Source: a virus (taxonomy: Duplodnaviria; Caudoviricetes). Taken from it: a stretch of 64,000 nucleotides of DNA. Below are positions 61,939 to 64,000 of this stretch, one piece after another. The notes beneath the pieces are model-generated. The model was not told the origin of the DNA, ran no database searches, and saw only the letters and a program-made list of their open reading frames with translations. The position numbers were made by a program, and so were the translations under genes. The stretch spans positions 140,229 through 204,228 of the IMG/VR virus record IMGVR_UViG_3300001487_000119; one strand, 5' to 3'. The first letter of the stretch is position 1, and every line of letters begins with the position of its first letter.

Positions 61939-64000
61939 ATGATTCCAAAAATTTATATAGAAAAATTAGATTCAATGAATAATTTGTCATATGATCAAAT
62001 TAATGATGAATATAATAAATTTTTAAAAGATATTGAATAGGCTTCTGAAAATAACAGTACATTTTATAAAGAATGGGCAAATACAAATATATTACAAACT
62101 TCATTAATTGATAAAAATGAAGCAAGCGAATATATTATACAAACGACACAATACCCGCAAGCAACTGTTTATAGAAAACGTATAAAAACAAAAATTAATA
62201 ATTTAATAAAGAATTTAGATGCTGAATATAATTATAGTGATTATATAATATTATATGACAATAACAGTTTAATAGATTATACAAAATTAGAATCATTACG
62301 TAATAAATATCAACAACAATTATTTACTATATATTTGCCAGATGAAAAAAGAATATATCAAAAGTATATTGATGATATTAATGATATTATTATAGGATGC
62401 CGTACATTAAATGAATCAACTAATAATTATTGGAATGAATTTAATAATCTTCGCAATACATGGCAAGCAGATGTTAAAGAATATAAACAAAAAATTGAAA
62501 ATATAGTAAATGCAAAAAAGAATGGCGAACCTGAAGACACGCTTGATTCATCAATACCTGAAATACCACTTGTACTTACATCTGCATAGAATACTTCAAA
62601 TAATACAAATGATTATACATTTGTTACAATACCTGAAGCAGACGCATCCGGAAATGTTTTTTCAAATTCCAATGAAAATATATACCAAAATATAATAACA
62701 AATACATCATCTAATAATACACCTGAAAAAACTGTGCATACAAGAATTTATAAACTTTTTGATGCAAGTATTCAATTAGATGAAATGTCAATCCCGGTAT
62801 TTGATAATATTGATACGCCGTTTAAAACAACCGGAGAAGACACCAGTACTTTATATACAACACTTGGTGAAAACGGATATAATGCAACATATAAAAATGA
62901 CAGTGATGTAGATAGCGATCCATTTCAAACTGCAGGTAATACATCACCTAAAAAATCAATGGGTATCGGTTTCTTATATCCATTAATACGTATAAATGAT
63001 CACTATTATATAGATAATGATATTAAATATTTTTCATTGGAAAGCGTTGGATTTATACCGACAATCGAACTTATATTAGAGTGTAAATTTAATGATATAT
63101 TAAAAGTTAATGCAATTAAAGACGGTGATATTTGTTCAGTATTCATTAATCCTGGGCATGGTACTGTTAAATCATATCGCGGTGATTTTCAAATAACCCA
63201 TGTAAAAGTTCCAAAAATAGATTAGTTTAAAATCGGCGGAAGTATAAAAGTTAAAATTTTGGGTGAATTGTATATTCCTAGTTTATATAATACAAATTTG
63301 GATGTTGAAATACCAGGCAGGGCTAAACGTATTTTAGAAACAATATGGAAAGGAGCATAGGGTGAGAATGCAGGTAAATCATCACGCGATGCACTTATTG
63401 AAATGTCGGCTAAATTGGGTTTAGGTTTCTTTTTCAGTGATCCTGAAAATACGAATGATTTACAATTCTGGAATAAGTATGATTCTGATGATCAATTAAC
63501 AGGCGGTGATGCACCGAACCTAAAATATTTAAAATATGTTTCAAAACATGCATATAAAAACTTTGAATCATTTTATGATTGTTGGATTGATCCGCGTTAC
63601 GGCTTGTCATTTATTAATATTGCACAAATGCTTGGCGGTTCCGGACTTGATGAAGAAATTGATTTGGCTGTATTTAATTCAACACTTGTCGCCGGTAAAT
63701 TAGCAGATGCGGAAAACAGAGAAACAACTGATAGTGAAAAATCTGAAAATCCAAAACCTCAATTAAAAATATTAACAAATTTCGGAACAGAAGAAAGTAC
63801 GGAAACCGCATTTTTGGTAACATCATACGGTGAAAATAATGATAGTACTATTACAAATGAATTCGGCTTTATAACAAAAAATTATTATTCAATACAAAAC
63901 CCCGGTATTTCAAATGTATCTGAAGGATCTATTACGGATTCATATTATATACCTGTTAATAATGATAAACTCAAAAACGGTTTTTATATAATGGCAGGCC
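61939..64000 (+). CDS. large late protein (possible tail/baseplate hub), code 15, runs off right edge
   Basis: open frame through TAGs at 62038, 62587, 63223, 63358; TATAAATA upstream. Confidence 0.7.

Noticed and set aside
7565-64000. Widespread pseudogenes or frameshifts suggested by fragmented ORFs
   Set aside because: Breaks are in-frame TAGs that align with Gln; genes are intact under code 15

Overview
AT-rich segment of a very large T4-like (myovirus) phage genome with Bacteroidota-type promoters, consistent with a Lak-type megaphage (inference). It uses genetic code 15 (TAG = Gln). Many ORFs in the supplied track are fragments that join into full genes when TAG is read through, and paralogues have CAA/CAG at the aligned positions. 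A CUA-anticodon suppressor tRNA lies at 27599-27674. Three upstream motifs partition the genes. (1) A ~42-bp element with the Bacteroidota -7 box TAnnTTTG (9 copies) precedes TAG-free accessory/anti-defence genes: HD hydrolase, Tad2-like, cREC, NadE, RNA ligase, RlaP, TerD-like. (2) AAACT-N16/17-TA(T/A)AAT precedes TAG-free replication and nucleotide genes (LigA, amino acid:DNA transferase, topoisomerase II, ThyX, RNase H), the suppressor tRNA and a gp55-like late sigma factor. (3) T4-like ATAAATA precedes mostly TAG-recoded late genes: baseplate, tape measure, endolysin, six lectin-like paralogues, TnpB. The late sigma gene itself carries an in-frame TAG, suggesting a code switch that gates late transcription. 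Other highlights: a shared N-terminal leader on unrelated late proteins, a candidate UUU_CGC +1 frameshift, a recoded stand-alone TnpB with an upstream hairpin, and an early NAD/nucleotide-signal counter-defence operon. All functional calls come from motif recognition by eye; no searches were run.
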